Shown: positions 17,031 through 27,330 of the stretch, piece after piece
Numbering within the stretch: the stretch's first letter is position 1
Layout: every line of letters begins with the position of its first letter
From: Actinomycetota bacterium
GTDB lineage: Bacteria; Actinomycetota; Acidimicrobiia; IMCC26256; VFJJ01
Direction: 5' to 3'
Assembly (NCBI GenBank): GCA_009886115.1
Contig: VFJJ01000053.1
Span: 1-53,734, forward strand
Length of the DNA stretch: 53,734 nt
The notes under the pieces: model-generated
Databases searched by the model: none
The model's input: only the letters and a program-made list of their open reading frames with translations
Told to the model about the DNA's origin: nothing
Made by a program: the position numbers and the translations under genes

Positions 17031-17861
17031 GTGAACGAGCAGACAGCCATGTTCGCGGCCAGTCTCGGCGTCACGTTGATCGTCCTCCTGGCCAAGAGCC
17101 TGAGGAGCTCCGGCGCTCGACGACGCACGGCCCAACTCGCGCAGGTCGCCGCGAAGCTGAACCTCCAGTTCACGCCATCCGACCCGATGGGTTGCGAGCG
17201 GCTCCCGTTCTCGGCCTTCGAGCGCCTTCGAGAGCCCCGAGGCGAAAACCTGATGTCGGGCACGGCCGGGCCGTGCCCGGTACGGATCTTCGACCTCCGT
17301 TGGGTCGTCGATCGCGAGTCCGGCCACGCCAGCGAACGGTCACGCACGTTCATGGCTGTCGACCTCGGCGGGGTCTTCCCGCATCTGCGCCTGAGCCCGC
17401 AGGGCCTGTTGGGAACGCTCGTCGAGCACACCCACGCCAACGACATCCAGCTCGAGTGGGAGGAGTTCAACGACGCGTTCGTCATCACCTGCGACGACGA
17501 GCGCTTCGCCCGGGCCCTGCTCGACCCACAGATGATGGAGTTCCTCCACAAGGTTGGTCGGGGTACGACGATCGAGCTCCGCGGGCGGTGGCTGCTGCTC
17601 GACCCGGAGCGCCTGCTGGCGCCCGAGGAGTGGCGACTCCTGCACATCTTCGCCGTCGAGTTCCCGGCTCGGGTTCCCGGCGCGGTGTGGAGCTTCTACC
17701 CCGGCCCGGGGGCGAACCCCGATCGCCGGCCCCAGCCTGAAGCGCCACGCCCGGAGCTGCTGGCTCCTCGCCACGAGTACACGGGGCAGTTCAACTGGCT
17801 CACGGGGCGCGACGACAGGCCCGAGCTCCCGCCGCTCGGAACTGCGAGAGAGGCACGATGA
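17031..17861 (+). CDS. Membrane-anchored hypothetical protein (DUF3137-like, LemA-associated)
   Basis: N-terminal TM helix; DIQLEWEEFNDAF...DDERFARALLDPQMMEFL; ATGA overlap with lemA. Confidence 0.7.
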   Translation: MNEQTAMFAASLGVTLIVLLAKSLRSSGARRRTAQLAQVAAKLNLQFTPSDPMGCERLPFSAFERLREPRGENLMSGTAGPCPVRIFDLRWVVDRESGHASERSRTFMAVDLGGVFPHLRLSPQGLLGTLVEHTHANDIQLEWEEFNDAFVITCDDERFARALLDPQMMEFLHKVGRGTTIELRGRWLLLDPERLLAPEEWRLLHIFAVEFPARVPGAVWSFYPGPGANPDRRPQPEAPRPELLAPRHEYTGQFNWLTGRDDRPELPPLGTAREAR

Positions 17862-18421
17862 GCCCGCTCGTGCTCGCCGGAGCCGTCACCGGCTTCGTGG
17901 TCGTGGTGCTCAGCGCCATGTCGTACAACAGGTTCGTGCGGCAGAGAAACTTCGTGAGCGACTCGTGGGCCAACATCGATACGGAGCTCAGGCGCCGTCA
18001 CGACCTGATCCCGAACCTGGTCGAGACCGTCGCGGGCTACGCCGTTCACGAGCGCGCCAGCCTCGAGGCGGTGATCGCGGCGCGCGCCACAGCTGCGACC
18101 GTGACCACCGACGTTGCAGCGCAGTCGCGCTCGGAAGCGGTCGTCAATGCCGGGCTACGCAAGCTGATGGCCGTCGCCGAGCGTTACCCCGAGCTTCACG
18201 CCAGTGCGCACTTCCTCGATCTGCAACGCCAGCTCGTGAGCACCGAAGATCGCATCCAAGCGGCCCGCCGGATCTACAACGCCAACGTCCGCGCGTACAA
18301 CACCCGTCTGGAAACCTTCCCCACCAACGTGATCGGACGCCTGGGGCGATTCGAGCGAGCCACGTACTTCGAGCTTCAGACCGCACCGATGCCCACGTCG
18401 GCCCCGACCGCCGCGTCGTGA
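17858..18421 (+). CDS. lemA: LemA family protein
   Basis: YNRFV, WANIDTELRRRHDLIPNLVETV.GY..HE, AVAERYPEL and TEDRIQAARR.YN. Confidence 0.93.
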   Translation: MSPLVLAGAVTGFVVVVLSAMSYNRFVRQRNFVSDSWANIDTELRRRHDLIPNLVETVAGYAVHERASLEAVIAARATAATVTTDVAAQSRSEAVVNAGLRKLMAVAERYPELHASAHFLDLQRQLVSTEDRIQAARRIYNANVRAYNTRLETFPTNVIGRLGRFERATYFELQTAPMPTSAPTAAS

Positions 18422-18443
18422 CGTAGCCGGCCGGGACCGTGCG

Positions 18444-19394
18444 TCAGGCTGCGGCCGGCTCGGGCGACACGGCGCTCTGGGCCACGAAGCCGTTCAGGAA
18501 CGCGTCGACGTCGTCGATCGGGTCTTCCAGCGTCGAGTCGCACTTCACGGCGTTCGCGTCCCGGCCCGCGAAGTCGGTGGCCGTCGGGACCTCGATCGTT
18601 CCCCGGACTGCGTCATCGGGACACGTGGGCGCGTTGAAGGTGACGACGTCGAGGGGCTCGGAGTCGGACCCGTCGGATTGCTCGAGCTCGCTCCGGTGCT
18701 CGCCGATCCAGACGATGACGGCGTCGACCCCGGCCTTGAACGAGAGCGGATCGGCAAGACCATGGCTGACCGCAACGGCGGGGATTCCTCGACGAGCGGC
18801 CGCCCTGGCCGCGCCGACCGTCCCCGAGAGCTCGTTGAACGGACCGATGTTCTGGCCGGCGTTCACCCCAGACACCACGAGATGCGGGGGCTCGTCGAGC
18901 ACGTTGTCGAGCGCGTAGTTCACGGCATCAGCCGGGAACCCTTTCACGGCAAGGGCTTCGTAGCCGCTGGCTGTGGTGGTCTCGGTGACCTCGAGCTCGC
19001 CTTCGGTCGTGGAGCCGCCCGTGCCGCTCTGGTTCTCGAGCGGAGCGACGACCGTAACCTCGATGTCGTCGAGCTCGAGCAGCGCCTGGACGAGGGCGTC
19101 GATGCCCGCCGCGGCCACCCCGTCGTCGTTGCTCACGAGCACCCGGAGGACCACCGGCGCCAGGGTGGTCGTGGTCGCCGGCTCGGTCGTGGTGGTGGTC
19201 GCGGCGGCCGTCGTGGTCGTCGCCGGCGCGGCCGTCGTGGTCGTGGCGACGGTGTCGACGATCGCAGCCGTCGAGGCCGTCGTGGGCTCGGGTGCTCCGG
19301 CATCGTCGTCGTCGTCGCCACACGCGGCGAACACCATCGACCCTGCCAACAGGACGGTCAGCGAGCGGAGCGAGATGAGCCGGGTCGTGAGCAT
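18444..19394 (-). CDS. surE: Secreted lipoprotein 5'/3'-nucleotidase SurE
   Basis: Lipobox VFAAC followed by GDDDDD, Thr-rich linker, then VLVSNDDG, VVAP..NQSG, G.PAD, VVSGVNAGQN and SGTVGAA. Confidence 0.88.
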   Translation of the reverse strand: MLTTRLISLRSLTVLLAGSMVFAACGDDDDDAGAPEPTTASTAAIVDTVATTTTAAPATTTTAAATTTTTEPATTTTLAPVVLRVLVSNDDGVAAAGIDALVQALLELDDIEVTVVAPLENQSGTGGSTTEGELEVTETTTASGYEALAVKGFPADAVNYALDNVLDEPPHLVVSGVNAGQNIGPFNELSGTVGAARAAARRGIPAVAVSHGLADPLSFKAGVDAVIVWIGEHRSELEQSDGSDSEPLDVVTFNAPTCPDDAVRGTIEVPTATDFAGRDANAVKCDSTLEDPIDDVDAFLNGFVAQSAVSPEPAAA

Positions 19395-19491
19395 CCGGCA
19401 TGCTACCTGACGAACGACGGTCGCAACGGGGGCGAAGGGAAGGCCGGTCCCGTCAGACATGCGGTCCAGAGGGGGTCGGTAGCATCCGCGG

Positions 19492-20436
19492 GTGGAGCGA
19501 GCAGCGGTGGGCGTCGACGTGGGGGGCACGAAGATCCTGGGCGTCGCCGTCGACCCGGCCGAGCCGAACGTCATCGTGCATGAGCGCAAGGTCGCCACGC
19601 CCGCCGGCGGCGCCGCCGCCCTGCTCGCCGCCATCGAGGACCTCGTCACCAGCCTGAGCCCCGACTGCCTGGCGCTCGGGATCGGCGCCGCCGGGCTGGT
19701 CGACCTCGACGGCGTGCTCCGGTACGGGCCCAACCTCCCCGGTGCGATCGAGGTCGACTTCAAGCACCGGCTGGCGCATGTCGCGCCGGCGATCGCCGTC
19801 GACAACGACAACACCTGCGCGACCTGGGCCGAGTTCCGCATCGGAGCGGGCGCGGGCGCTTCTGACGGCGTGTTCGTCGGGCTCGGCACGGGGCTCGGCG
19901 CGGGGATCGTCGCCGCCGGGGCGATCGTTCGTGGTGCGCACGGCTTCGCGGGCGAGGCCGGTCACATGATCGTTCAGCCGGGCGGGGTCGAGTGCGTCTG
20001 CGGAAGGTTCGGCTGCTGGGAGCGCTACGCCTCGGGTGCGGCGCTGGCCCGCATGGCCCAGGAAACGGTCGCAGCCGGCCGGGGCCTGGCGTTCATGGCC
20101 ACCGCGGCCACAGCAGCCGACATCAGGGGCGAGGACGTGACGCGCGCCTTCCGGGCGGGTGACCGCGATGCCGCCGAGGTCGTCGACACCATGGCCGGCT
20201 GGACCGCTCAGGGTCTGGCCATCCTCATCGGGCTGCTCGACCCCGCGGTGATCGTGCTCGGCGGCGGCGTGACCGAGGAGCTCGGCGAGGATCTGAGCCG
20301 ACGCGTGGCGTCACGGGTTCCCGAGTTCCTGATGGGAGCGGCGTTCCGTCCACCGGTGCCGGTGCGGCCCGCGGTGCTGGGCAATCGAGCGGCTGCCCAC
20401 GGCGCGGTTCTGCTCGCCCTCGACGAGCTCTCATAG
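19492..20436 (+). CDS. ROK family sugar kinase (glucokinase-like)
   Basis: GVDVGGTKI, DNDN, LGTGLGAG, GEAGHM, Zn motif CVCGRFGCWE; TAGCAT -10 located 6 nt upstream. Confidence 0.92.
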   Translation: MERAAVGVDVGGTKILGVAVDPAEPNVIVHERKVATPAGGAAALLAAIEDLVTSLSPDCLALGIGAAGLVDLDGVLRYGPNLPGAIEVDFKHRLAHVAPAIAVDNDNTCATWAEFRIGAGAGASDGVFVGLGTGLGAGIVAAGAIVRGAHGFAGEAGHMIVQPGGVECVCGRFGCWERYASGAALARMAQETVAAGRGLAFMATAATAADIRGEDVTRAFRAGDRDAAEVVDTMAGWTAQGLAILIGLLDPAVIVLGGGVTEELGEDLSRRVASRVPEFLMGAAFRPPVPVRPAVLGNRAAAHGAVLLALDELS

Positions 20437-20507
20437 TTCCGGGTTCGCCCCGACCCCGCCCGGCGCAGCGGAACGCCGCTGGGTCGACGCTGGGTCGACG
20501 TCGGTAG

Positions 20508-20527
20508 TATGCTTTGGAAATGTCCAA
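20508..20527 (+). promoter_or_regulatory. -10 element and palindromic operator over the start of the ArsR-type gene
   Basis: TATGCT (20508-20513) 6 nt before ATG 20520; TTGGA-AATG-TCCAA inverted repeat (20514-20527) covers the start codon. Confidence 0.55.
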
Positions 20528-21335
20528 CGTACTGAATTATCCGCTCGATGACACCGTCATCGCCGATCGGCCCGAGCAGCTCAAGGCCCTGGGCGATCCG
20601 CTGCGCACCCACATCCTCGACCTGGTGCTCGAAAGTGCGATGAGCATCACCGATCTGGCAGCCACGTTGGGGCGGCCCAAGGGCACCGTCGCTCATCATG
20701 TGGAGGTGCTCGTCTCCGCCGGGCTCCTGGCCGTCGTCCGGACGCGTCAGGTACGAGCTGTCACCGAGCGCTTCTACGGCCGTACCGGGCGCACCATCGT
20801 GATCTCCGTCCATCCCGAGGCGGAGGGCCCGCTCCCGTTCGTGCGCGAGGCCGAGCAGGAGGTCGACCGCGAGCTGTGGGAACAGCTCGGACGGTCGACG
20901 TTCACGCTACGCCACGCACGCATCCCCGCCGACCGCGCAGCCGAGTTCGCTGAACGAGCCCTGGCCTTGGCCATCGAGTTCACCGAGCTCCCCCGTGAGG
21001 GTGATGTCGAGTTCGGGTTCCTCGTGGGTCTGTATCCGACCACGCGCCGAACCGCCCGTCCCGCGAAGCCCTCGACGAAGGCGGTCAGGGAGTCGGCCGC
21101 GCCGGCCGCGGCGGCCCGCCGCCCGGCAACCGTGGGAGCTGCGACAGCGGCGGCACCTCCGGCGACCGTGGGAACTCCGACAGCGGCGGCACCTCCGGCG
21201 ACCGTGGGAGCTCCGGCAGTGCAGGCAGTGCAGGCAGTGCAGGCCGCCGGAAAGGCCAAGAAGGCCAAGAAGACCAAGAAGGCCAAGAAGCACCAGCCCA
21301 AGGCCCCGAGCGATCCGGACCATCCGGCCTTGTGA
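20520..21335 (+). CDS. ArsR-like winged-helix regulator with a repetitive, basic C-terminal tail
   Basis: QLKALGDPLRTHILDLV...SITDLA..LG..KGTVAHHV..L...GL...RAVTERFY. Confidence 0.85.
   Translation: MSNVLNYPLDDTVIADRPEQLKALGDPLRTHILDLVLESAMSITDLAATLGRPKGTVAHHVEVLVSAGLLAVVRTRQVRAVTERFYGRTGRTIVISVHPEAEGPLPFVREAEQEVDRELWEQLGRSTFTLRHARIPADRAAEFAERALALAIEFTELPREGDVEFGFLVGLYPTTRRTARPAKPSTKAVRESAAPAAAARRPATVGAATAAAPPATVGTPTAAAPPATVGAPAVQAVQAVQAAGKAKKAKKTKKAKKHQPKAPSDPDHPAL
21123..21290 (+). repeat. Coding tandem repeats: ~2.6 x 36 bp, 3 x GCAGTGCAG and ~4 x AAG(G/A)CCAAG
   Basis: Translate as (PATVG.(A/P)TAAAP)n, (AVQ)3 and KAKKAKKTKKAKK. Confidence 0.85.
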
Positions 21336-22660
21336 TGGCCCGCTCCCTCGGGCCCGGCTACCGGAAGCTCTTCACGGCCCACGTGGTTTCGAACCTGGGT
21401 GACGGGGTCGGCCTCGTCGCCTACGCCTGGCTGGCTTCGGCGGTCACCCGCAACCCGCTCCTCGTCGCGCTGGTCCTGGTCGCCCAGCGCATCCCGTGGC
21501 TCGTGTTCACCCTCCCGGCCGGGGTGATCACCGACCGGGGCGATCGCCGGGTCCTCATGGTGCGCATGGACGCGCTCCGCTTCGTCATCGCCCTCGGCCT
21601 GGGCATCGGTGTGCTTGCGAGCCCCGGTGAGCTCCCGGCGCCCGACGAGTTGGAAGCCGTCGTCGGGACCGACGTCGTGCTGTACACGCTGATCCTCGTG
21701 TCGACGCTGCTGATGGGGATGGCGGAGGTGCTGCGTGACAACTGCGCCCAGACGTTGATGCCATCGGTGGTCGAGCCCGCGCAGCTCGAACGGGCCAATG
21801 CCCGCCTTGGAAGCGCCGAGCTCGTCGCCAACGCGCTCGCCGGGCCCCCGCTCGGGGCGTTGATGCTCGGCCTCTCCTTCGCCCTGCCCGTGTTCTTCGA
21901 CGCCGCATCGTTCGGGGTGTCGGCCCTCGTGGCGTCGCTCATCCCCGGCGTGTTCCGAGCCGGTCCGGGTGCCCAAGGTTCCGACGGCGTCGAGATCGCG
22001 GGACGGGCGACCGCATGGCACGTCGAGCTGCGCGACGGCGTGCGCTGGCTGTGGGGCCACTCGCTGCTGCGGCCCATGGCCATCACCCTGGGCCTGCTCA
22101 ACGGTTCGGCGATGATCGGCGGCGCGACGCTGGTGCTGTTCAGCCAGGAGGTGTTGGGAACGAGCTCGACCGAGTTCGCGCTCCTCGGGATGGGCGGTGC
22201 TCTCGGGGGCGTGGTCGGCGGCTACGCAACCCCTCGGATCGTCGCCCGGGTCGGACCCGGTGCCTGTCTGGCCCTCACGCTCGGCGCCAGTGGGGTGGCG
22301 TCGGTGCTCACCGGGTTCGTGAGCAGCTGGGGCCTGGCCTTCGGGTTCTGGTTCGTGGAGTGGTTCTTCGGGGCGCTGTGGAACACGATCACCGTGAGCC
22401 TGCGCCAGCGCCTCATCCCCGATGCCCTGCTCGGACGGGTGAACAGCGTCTACCGGTTCTTCGCCTGGGGGATGATGCCCATCGGCGCCGCCGTGGGAGG
22501 CCTGGTGGTACTGGTGGTGACCCGGGTCGGTGATCGCGAGACCGGCCTGCGCGCCACGTGGTGGGTCGCAGGAGGCATTCAGCTGGTGCTCCTCGTGCTC
22601 GCCAGCCGCTCGCTCACCACCGCCAAGATCCACTCCGCCGAAGCCGCTGCCAACGTCTGA
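21332..22660 (+). CDS. MFS transporter (DHA3/MFS_3-like)
   Basis: VSNLGDG, LPAGVITDRGDRRVLM and SLRQRLIPDALLGRVNSVYR; overlaps the regulator stop. Confidence 0.92.
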   Translation: MMARSLGPGYRKLFTAHVVSNLGDGVGLVAYAWLASAVTRNPLLVALVLVAQRIPWLVFTLPAGVITDRGDRRVLMVRMDALRFVIALGLGIGVLASPGELPAPDELEAVVGTDVVLYTLILVSTLLMGMAEVLRDNCAQTLMPSVVEPAQLERANARLGSAELVANALAGPPLGALMLGLSFALPVFFDAASFGVSALVASLIPGVFRAGPGAQGSDGVEIAGRATAWHVELRDGVRWLWGHSLLRPMAITLGLLNGSAMIGGATLVLFSQEVLGTSSTEFALLGMGGALGGVVGGYATPRIVARVGPGACLALTLGASGVASVLTGFVSSWGLAFGFWFVEWFFGALWNTITVSLRQRLIPDALLGRVNSVYRFFAWGMMPIGAAVGGLVVLVVTRVGDRETGLRATWWVAGGIQLVLLVLASRSLTTAKIHSAEAAANV

Positions 22661-22717
22661 CCCGGGGCCTCATCCGTGCCTGGCGCAATCCCGGGGAGAG
22701 GGCCCAACGGAGAGGCC

Positions 22718-24118
22718 TCAGTGCCCGAGGCGGGCCAGGGTCCTGAGCTTGTTCATCACGTCGAGGGCGGCGACCTTGTAGGCCTCCGAGAGGGTCGGGA
22801 AGTTGAAGACGGCCTCGACGAAGTAGTCGACCGTCCCGCCGCAGCCGATGACGGCCTGGCCGATGTGGATCAGCTCGGTGGCGCCGGTCCCGAAGATGTG
22901 GATGCCCAGGAGACTCCGGTCGTCGGGCGAGACGAGCATCTTCAGCAACCCGTACGCATCGCCGGCGATCTGACCCCGGGCGAGCTCCCGATACTTCGAG
23001 ATCCCGACCTCGTACGGCACCTTGTCGCGGGTGAGCTCGCTCTCGGTGCATCCGATGTACGAGATCTCGGGGACGGTGTAGATGCCGATCGGCATCAGCC
23101 CCTCCGACCGCACGTCAGCCTCACCGAAGGCGTGGTACGAGGCGTGGCGGCCCTGTTCCATCGACGTGGAGGCCAAGGCAGGGAAGCCGATCACGTCGCC
23201 CACCGCGTACACGTTGGCGACGGTGGTGCGGTAGCAGTCGTCGACCGTGATCCGCCCCCGATCGTCGGTGGCGATGCCGACGGTGTCGAGCCCGAGGGAG
23301 GTGGTGGCTCCGACGCGGCCGGCCGAGTACATCACGGCCTCGGATGCGATGGCCTTGCCCGACTCGAGGATGGTGACAGCGCCGTCGGGCATCGACTCGA
23401 CGGCGGCGACCCGCTCGCCCAGGCGGAACGTGACGTTGTGGTCGCGGAGCTGGTACTGGAGTGCCTCGACGATCTCACGGTCGCAGAAGTCGAGGATCTG
23501 CTCGCGGCCTTCGACCACGGTGACCTTGGTGCCCAAGGCGGCGAAGATGGAGGCGTACTCGATGCCGATCACCCCGGCTCCGACCACCACGAGCGACGCC
23601 GGCAGGTCGTTCATCCAGAAGATGTCGTCGGAGTCGAGCACCCGGACACCGTCGAACTGCACCGACGCCGGGCGCGCCGGGGTCGTCCCGGTGGCGATGA
23701 CGATCTTGTCGGCGGTGACGACGCGATCGCCCTTCAGCTCGGCCACGACCACGGTGTGCTCGTCGAGGAAGCGGGCCGTGCCGGCCATGAGCGTCACGTG
23801 GTTGCGGTGCAGCTGATCACGCACCACGTGCACCTCGCGCCCGACCACGTGCTCGATGCGCGCCGTGAGGTCACCCATCGTGATCTCGTCCTTGACCCGA
23901 TAGCTGCTGCCGTAGAGCTCCCGTTGACTGAGGCCGGTCAGGTACAGCACGGCCTCGCGGAGGGTCTTCGACGGGATGGTCCCGGTGTTGACGCACACGC
24001 CGCCAACCATGTTCTCGCGCTCGACGATCGCCGCCCGTTTGCCCAGCTTGGACGCGGCGATGGCGGCTTTCTGGCCTCCTGGGCCACAGCCGATCACCAC
24101 CAGGTCGAAGTCGTGCAC
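22718..24118 (-). CDS. sthA: Soluble (Si-specific) pyridine nucleotide transhydrogenase
   Basis: [60 protein letters not shown] and [17 protein letters not shown] 24118 behind GGAGG. Confidence 0.93.
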   Translation of the reverse strand: MHDFDLVVIGCGPGGQKAAIAASKLGKRAAIVERENMVGGVCVNTGTIPSKTLREAVLYLTGLSQRELYGSSYRVKDEITMGDLTARIEHVVGREVHVVRDQLHRNHVTLMAGTARFLDEHTVVVAELKGDRVVTADKIVIATGTTPARPASVQFDGVRVLDSDDIFWMNDLPASLVVVGAGVIGIEYASIFAALGTKVTVVEGREQILDFCDREIVEALQYQLRDHNVTFRLGERVAAVESMPDGAVTILESGKAIASEAVMYSAGRVGATTSLGLDTVGIATDDRGRITVDDCYRTTVANVYAVGDVIGFPALASTSMEQGRHASYHAFGEADVRSEGLMPIGIYTVPEISYIGCTESELTRDKVPYEVGISKYRELARGQIAGDAYGLLKMLVSPDDRSLLGIHIFGTGATELIHIGQAVIGCGGTVDYFVEAVFNFPTLSEAYKVAALDVMNKLRTLARLGH

Positions 24119-24246
24119 AGCGCCTCCCGAGCCCGCGTGTGAGCCTGCGGGTCCCTGTCGACCCCGTTCGATGCCGATCAAGCGGTTGCGTCGGCAGCGG
24201 CCCCGAGGCAGGCTGCCGCCTGGTCCGACCAGCCGAGAGGAGCCCC

Positions 24247-24906
24247 GTGAGCTTCGAGATCATTGCCACGAAGGCCATGGTGTTGCTGGCTGCCCGGGAG
24301 GGCGCGATCGACGACGCCGTCGCTGACGCACGCGAGAGCCTTCCCGGTGCGGTGCTGATGCGCCGCCTGACGGACGATGCCTTCGCACACATGTATCCCG
24401 CCCGGCGAGCCTTCGACGTTGTCGTCGAGCTGGTCAGCGACACGCCGGCCCAGCTGGTTGCGACCGTCGACGGACTCGGCGCCTCGTTGGCCGCGACGGT
24501 GCACACCGACCTCTCGGGCGTGATCGTGGGCGGCCTCCGGCGCGTGCTGGGCGACGGGCGGGGCCCGGTGCGATTCCTCTACCTCATGCGGCACAAGGTC
24601 GACGTCGACCACGACCACTACCGCAACCACTGGGCCGGACCTCACGCCGAGTTCGGGCTCACCACCCCGGGCATCCTCGGCTACGACCAGTTCCACGTCG
24701 ACCCCGTCGCATCGCAGGCTGCTGCGGCCGCGGCGGGCCTGGCGGTGTGGCGGGTCGACGGCGTGGCCGAGCTCCACCTGAACAGCCTGGCCGAGTTCTT
24801 CGAGGCGGCCGTCGGATCGTCGACCGGCGATGCCGCCCTGCAGGACGAGAAGAGCTTCGTGGACGGGGCCAACTCCGTCGGCTTCACCGTGGACGTGCTG
24901 CCGTGA
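24247..24906 (+). CDS. EthD-like dimeric alpha/beta-barrel protein
   Basis: [11 protein letters not shown]...[11 protein letters not shown]...DGVAEL...DEKSFVD EthD pattern; GAGGAG RBS. Confidence 0.75.
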   Translation: MSFEIIATKAMVLLAAREGAIDDAVADARESLPGAVLMRRLTDDAFAHMYPARRAFDVVVELVSDTPAQLVATVDGLGASLAATVHTDLSGVIVGGLRRVLGDGRGPVRFLYLMRHKVDVDHDHYRNHWAGPHAEFGLTTPGILGYDQFHVDPVASQAAAAAAGLAVWRVDGVAELHLNSLAEFFEAAVGSSTGDAALQDEKSFVDGANSVGFTVDVLP

Positions 24907-25922
24907 GCACGCCCGACGGCCCCGCAGCCCGTCACGGTGCACCGGGCGTCGTCGCCCCGAGCGCGCTCGACGGCAGCGCCATGGGCGAGGTCGACGAGTG
25001 GGGGCTCACCCCCGGCGACGACGATTTCCACCCGCACGCCGGCGACGATCCCTGGTGGACCGAGACCGTGTGGTTCGCGTGGATGGTGCCCGAGCGCAAG
25101 CTGCTCGGATACTTCTACCCCGTCTTTCGGCCGAACAAGGGCGTGGAGTTCGGCGGCGTGCTCGTGTTCGACGACACCGCCGAGCTGCCGTGGGAGCTCC
25201 CGATCTTCCACTACGACTGGCATCTCGAGATCCCACCGGGTCTCGACCTGCGCAACGCCCAACTCCCCAACGGGATGACGATCACGTGCCTGACGCCTGG
25301 GAGGGTGTTCGAGCTCGGCTACCGCCATCCCGATCTCGAGCTCGACCTGCGCTACGAGGCGCTCATGCGGCCGATGCTTTCTCGGGGCACGCCTCCGTTC
25401 TCCGTGGCGGGTCACCTCGACCAGCCCGGGCACGTCACCGGGCGGATGAAGCTCCACGGCGAGGAGATCGCCGTCGACTGCTTCGCCATGCGAGACCGGG
25501 CCTGGGGGCCACGCCGCGACGGGCGTCAACCCAAGGTGGGCTACGCCTATGCGACCATCTCGGCCACGTCGGCATTCCTGGCGGTGTCCGTGCAGCGGCG
25601 GGACGACCTCGACCGGGTCACCACCGGGTTCTTGATGCGCGACGGCGTGTGGTCGCGTCTCGCCACCGGCTTGCGGGACGTGCGACGCGACGAGCAGGGC
25701 CGGCCCGTGACCATCGAGATCGACGCCGAGGACGAGCTCGGTCGCCCGCTGCAGGCGCTCGGCGCCGCGGTGAGCCGTCAGGTCTTCACCGCCTATCCGA
25801 GCATGTTCTGCTGGAACAGCCTGGCCCGCTGGGAGTTCGAGGGCCAGGAGTGCTGGGGCGAGGATCAGGACGTGTGGAACCCCAAGTACTGGCGCCAGTA
25901 CGCCGCGTCGCTGCGAGCGTGA
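24903..25922 (+). CDS. Conserved beta-rich hypothetical protein (DUF7064/DUF7065-like)
   Basis: DDDFH...WWTETVWF, HLDQPGHVTG...GEEIAVDCFAMRDRAWGPR and GEDQDVW; GTGA overlap with the upstream gene; family name recalled, not verified. Confidence 0.7.
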   Translation: MSTPDGPAARHGAPGVVAPSALDGSAMGEVDEWGLTPGDDDFHPHAGDDPWWTETVWFAWMVPERKLLGYFYPVFRPNKGVEFGGVLVFDDTAELPWELPIFHYDWHLEIPPGLDLRNAQLPNGMTITCLTPGRVFELGYRHPDLELDLRYEALMRPMLSRGTPPFSVAGHLDQPGHVTGRMKLHGEEIAVDCFAMRDRAWGPRRDGRQPKVGYAYATISATSAFLAVSVQRRDDLDRVTTGFLMRDGVWSRLATGLRDVRRDEQGRPVTIEIDAEDELGRPLQALGAAVSRQVFTAYPSMFCWNSLARWEFEGQECWGEDQDVWNPKYWRQYAASLRA

Positions 25923-25950
25923 CCGGCACGCAGGATGGGTTGGGAGCCCG

Positions 25951-27330
25951 ATGCTCGACGGTGAGCTGACCGAGTGGATACGTGACGTCACCGGCGGCGT
26001 CGACGTCACCGCGCAACGCCACGCCGGGGGAGCCTCGCGGGAGGGCTGGGCCATCGAGGTCAGCCGGGCCGACGGGTCCGTCGAGCACCTGTGGCTGCGT
26101 CTCGACACCGGCCACGGTCCCCAGTCGGACACCATCTACACGCTCCGCCGTGAGGCGACCGTCTACAAGGCGCTGGAGCACACCGCGGTCCGTGTTCCCC
26201 GCGTCATCGCCGTGCACCCCAGTCGGGAGGCGTTCCTCCAGAGCCGCCTGTACGGACGGAACTGGTTCTCGGAGATCACCGACCCGCTCGAGCAGGTAAC
26301 GGTCGCGACCGACTTCATGGCGCAGCTCGCCGAGCTGCACCGGCTCGACGTGACCGAGCTCGATCTCCCCGGGTTCGACACGACGGCGAGGCTGCGTGAT
26401 GCGGTCGTCGACGAGATCGCCGTCTGGGAGCAGCAGTACAGGGGACGGCCGCCGGGCGAGGAGCCCGAGACCCTGGTGGAGGTGGCGATCGCCTGGTTGC
26501 GGCGCAACGCTCCCGTCGACGGCCCGGTGATGTTGGTCCAGGGCGACACCGGACCCGGCAACTTCATGTATGCCGATGGTCGTGTCGTTGCCGTGCTCGA
26601 CTGGGAGATCGCGCACATCGGCGATCCGCACGACGACCTGGCCTGGATCTGTGTACGCGACCTCCAGGAGCGCTTCACCCATCTCCCCGACCGGTTCGAC
26701 GACTGGCAGCGAGCGAGCGGCCACACCTTCGATCTCGACCGGCTCCGCTACTTCCGGGTGCTGGCCCAGATGCGCTGCGCGATCGGGACCTTGTGTGGTT
26801 TGGCCGCACGCGACGCCGGTGGCGAGATGGCCAACCACCTCATCTACAGCACCCTCCATCTGCGCATGCTCGGTGAAGCCCTGGCCGACGTGCTCGAGAT
26901 CGACGTCGAGCTCGAGCCGCTTCCCGAGACCGGGACCGGTCCCGGATCGGCCGCTTCGGAGCGGGCATGGCTCTACGACCTGGCGCTCGACGAGATCCGC
27001 GACACGTTGGTCCCCGGAACCGATTCAGCGTTCGTCGCCCGACGGGCCAAGGGCCTGGCCCGGCTGATCAAGTACCTGAAGGAAGCCGACCGGTACGGGG
27101 CGATCGCCGATCGGGCCGAGATGGCCGACCTCACCGCCGTGCTCGGCCACGAACCGCAGACCACCGCGCACGGGCGCGCCGAGGTGGCGGCGGCGGTCGT
27201 GACGGGAACGATCGACGACAGCGCGGCCGTCACGTACGGCCTCCGCCGCATGGCTCGCCTCACCCAGATCATGCGGCCGGCGATGGGAGCGCTCGCCGAT
27301 CGCCACTACTCCCCGATCACCCGCGACTGA
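25951..27330 (+). CDS. Aminoglycoside-phosphotransferase-like (APH family) protein
   Basis: GGASRE.W, catalytic-loop variant LVQGDTGPGNF, VLDWEIAHIGDP.DDLAW. Confidence 0.88.
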   Translation: MLDGELTEWIRDVTGGVDVTAQRHAGGASREGWAIEVSRADGSVEHLWLRLDTGHGPQSDTIYTLRREATVYKALEHTAVRVPRVIAVHPSREAFLQSRLYGRNWFSEITDPLEQVTVATDFMAQLAELHRLDVTELDLPGFDTTARLRDAVVDEIAVWEQQYRGRPPGEEPETLVEVAIAWLRRNAPVDGPVMLVQGDTGPGNFMYADGRVVAVLDWEIAHIGDPHDDLAWICVRDLQERFTHLPDRFDDWQRASGHTFDLDRLRYFRVLAQMRCAIGTLCGLAARDAGGEMANHLIYSTLHLRMLGEALADVLEIDVELEPLPETGTGPGSAASERAWLYDLALDEIRDTLVPGTDSAFVARRAKGLARLIKYLKEADRYGAIADRAEMADLTAVLGHEPQTTAHGRAEVAAAVVTGTIDDSAAVTYGLRRMARLTQIMRPAMGALADRHYSPITRD

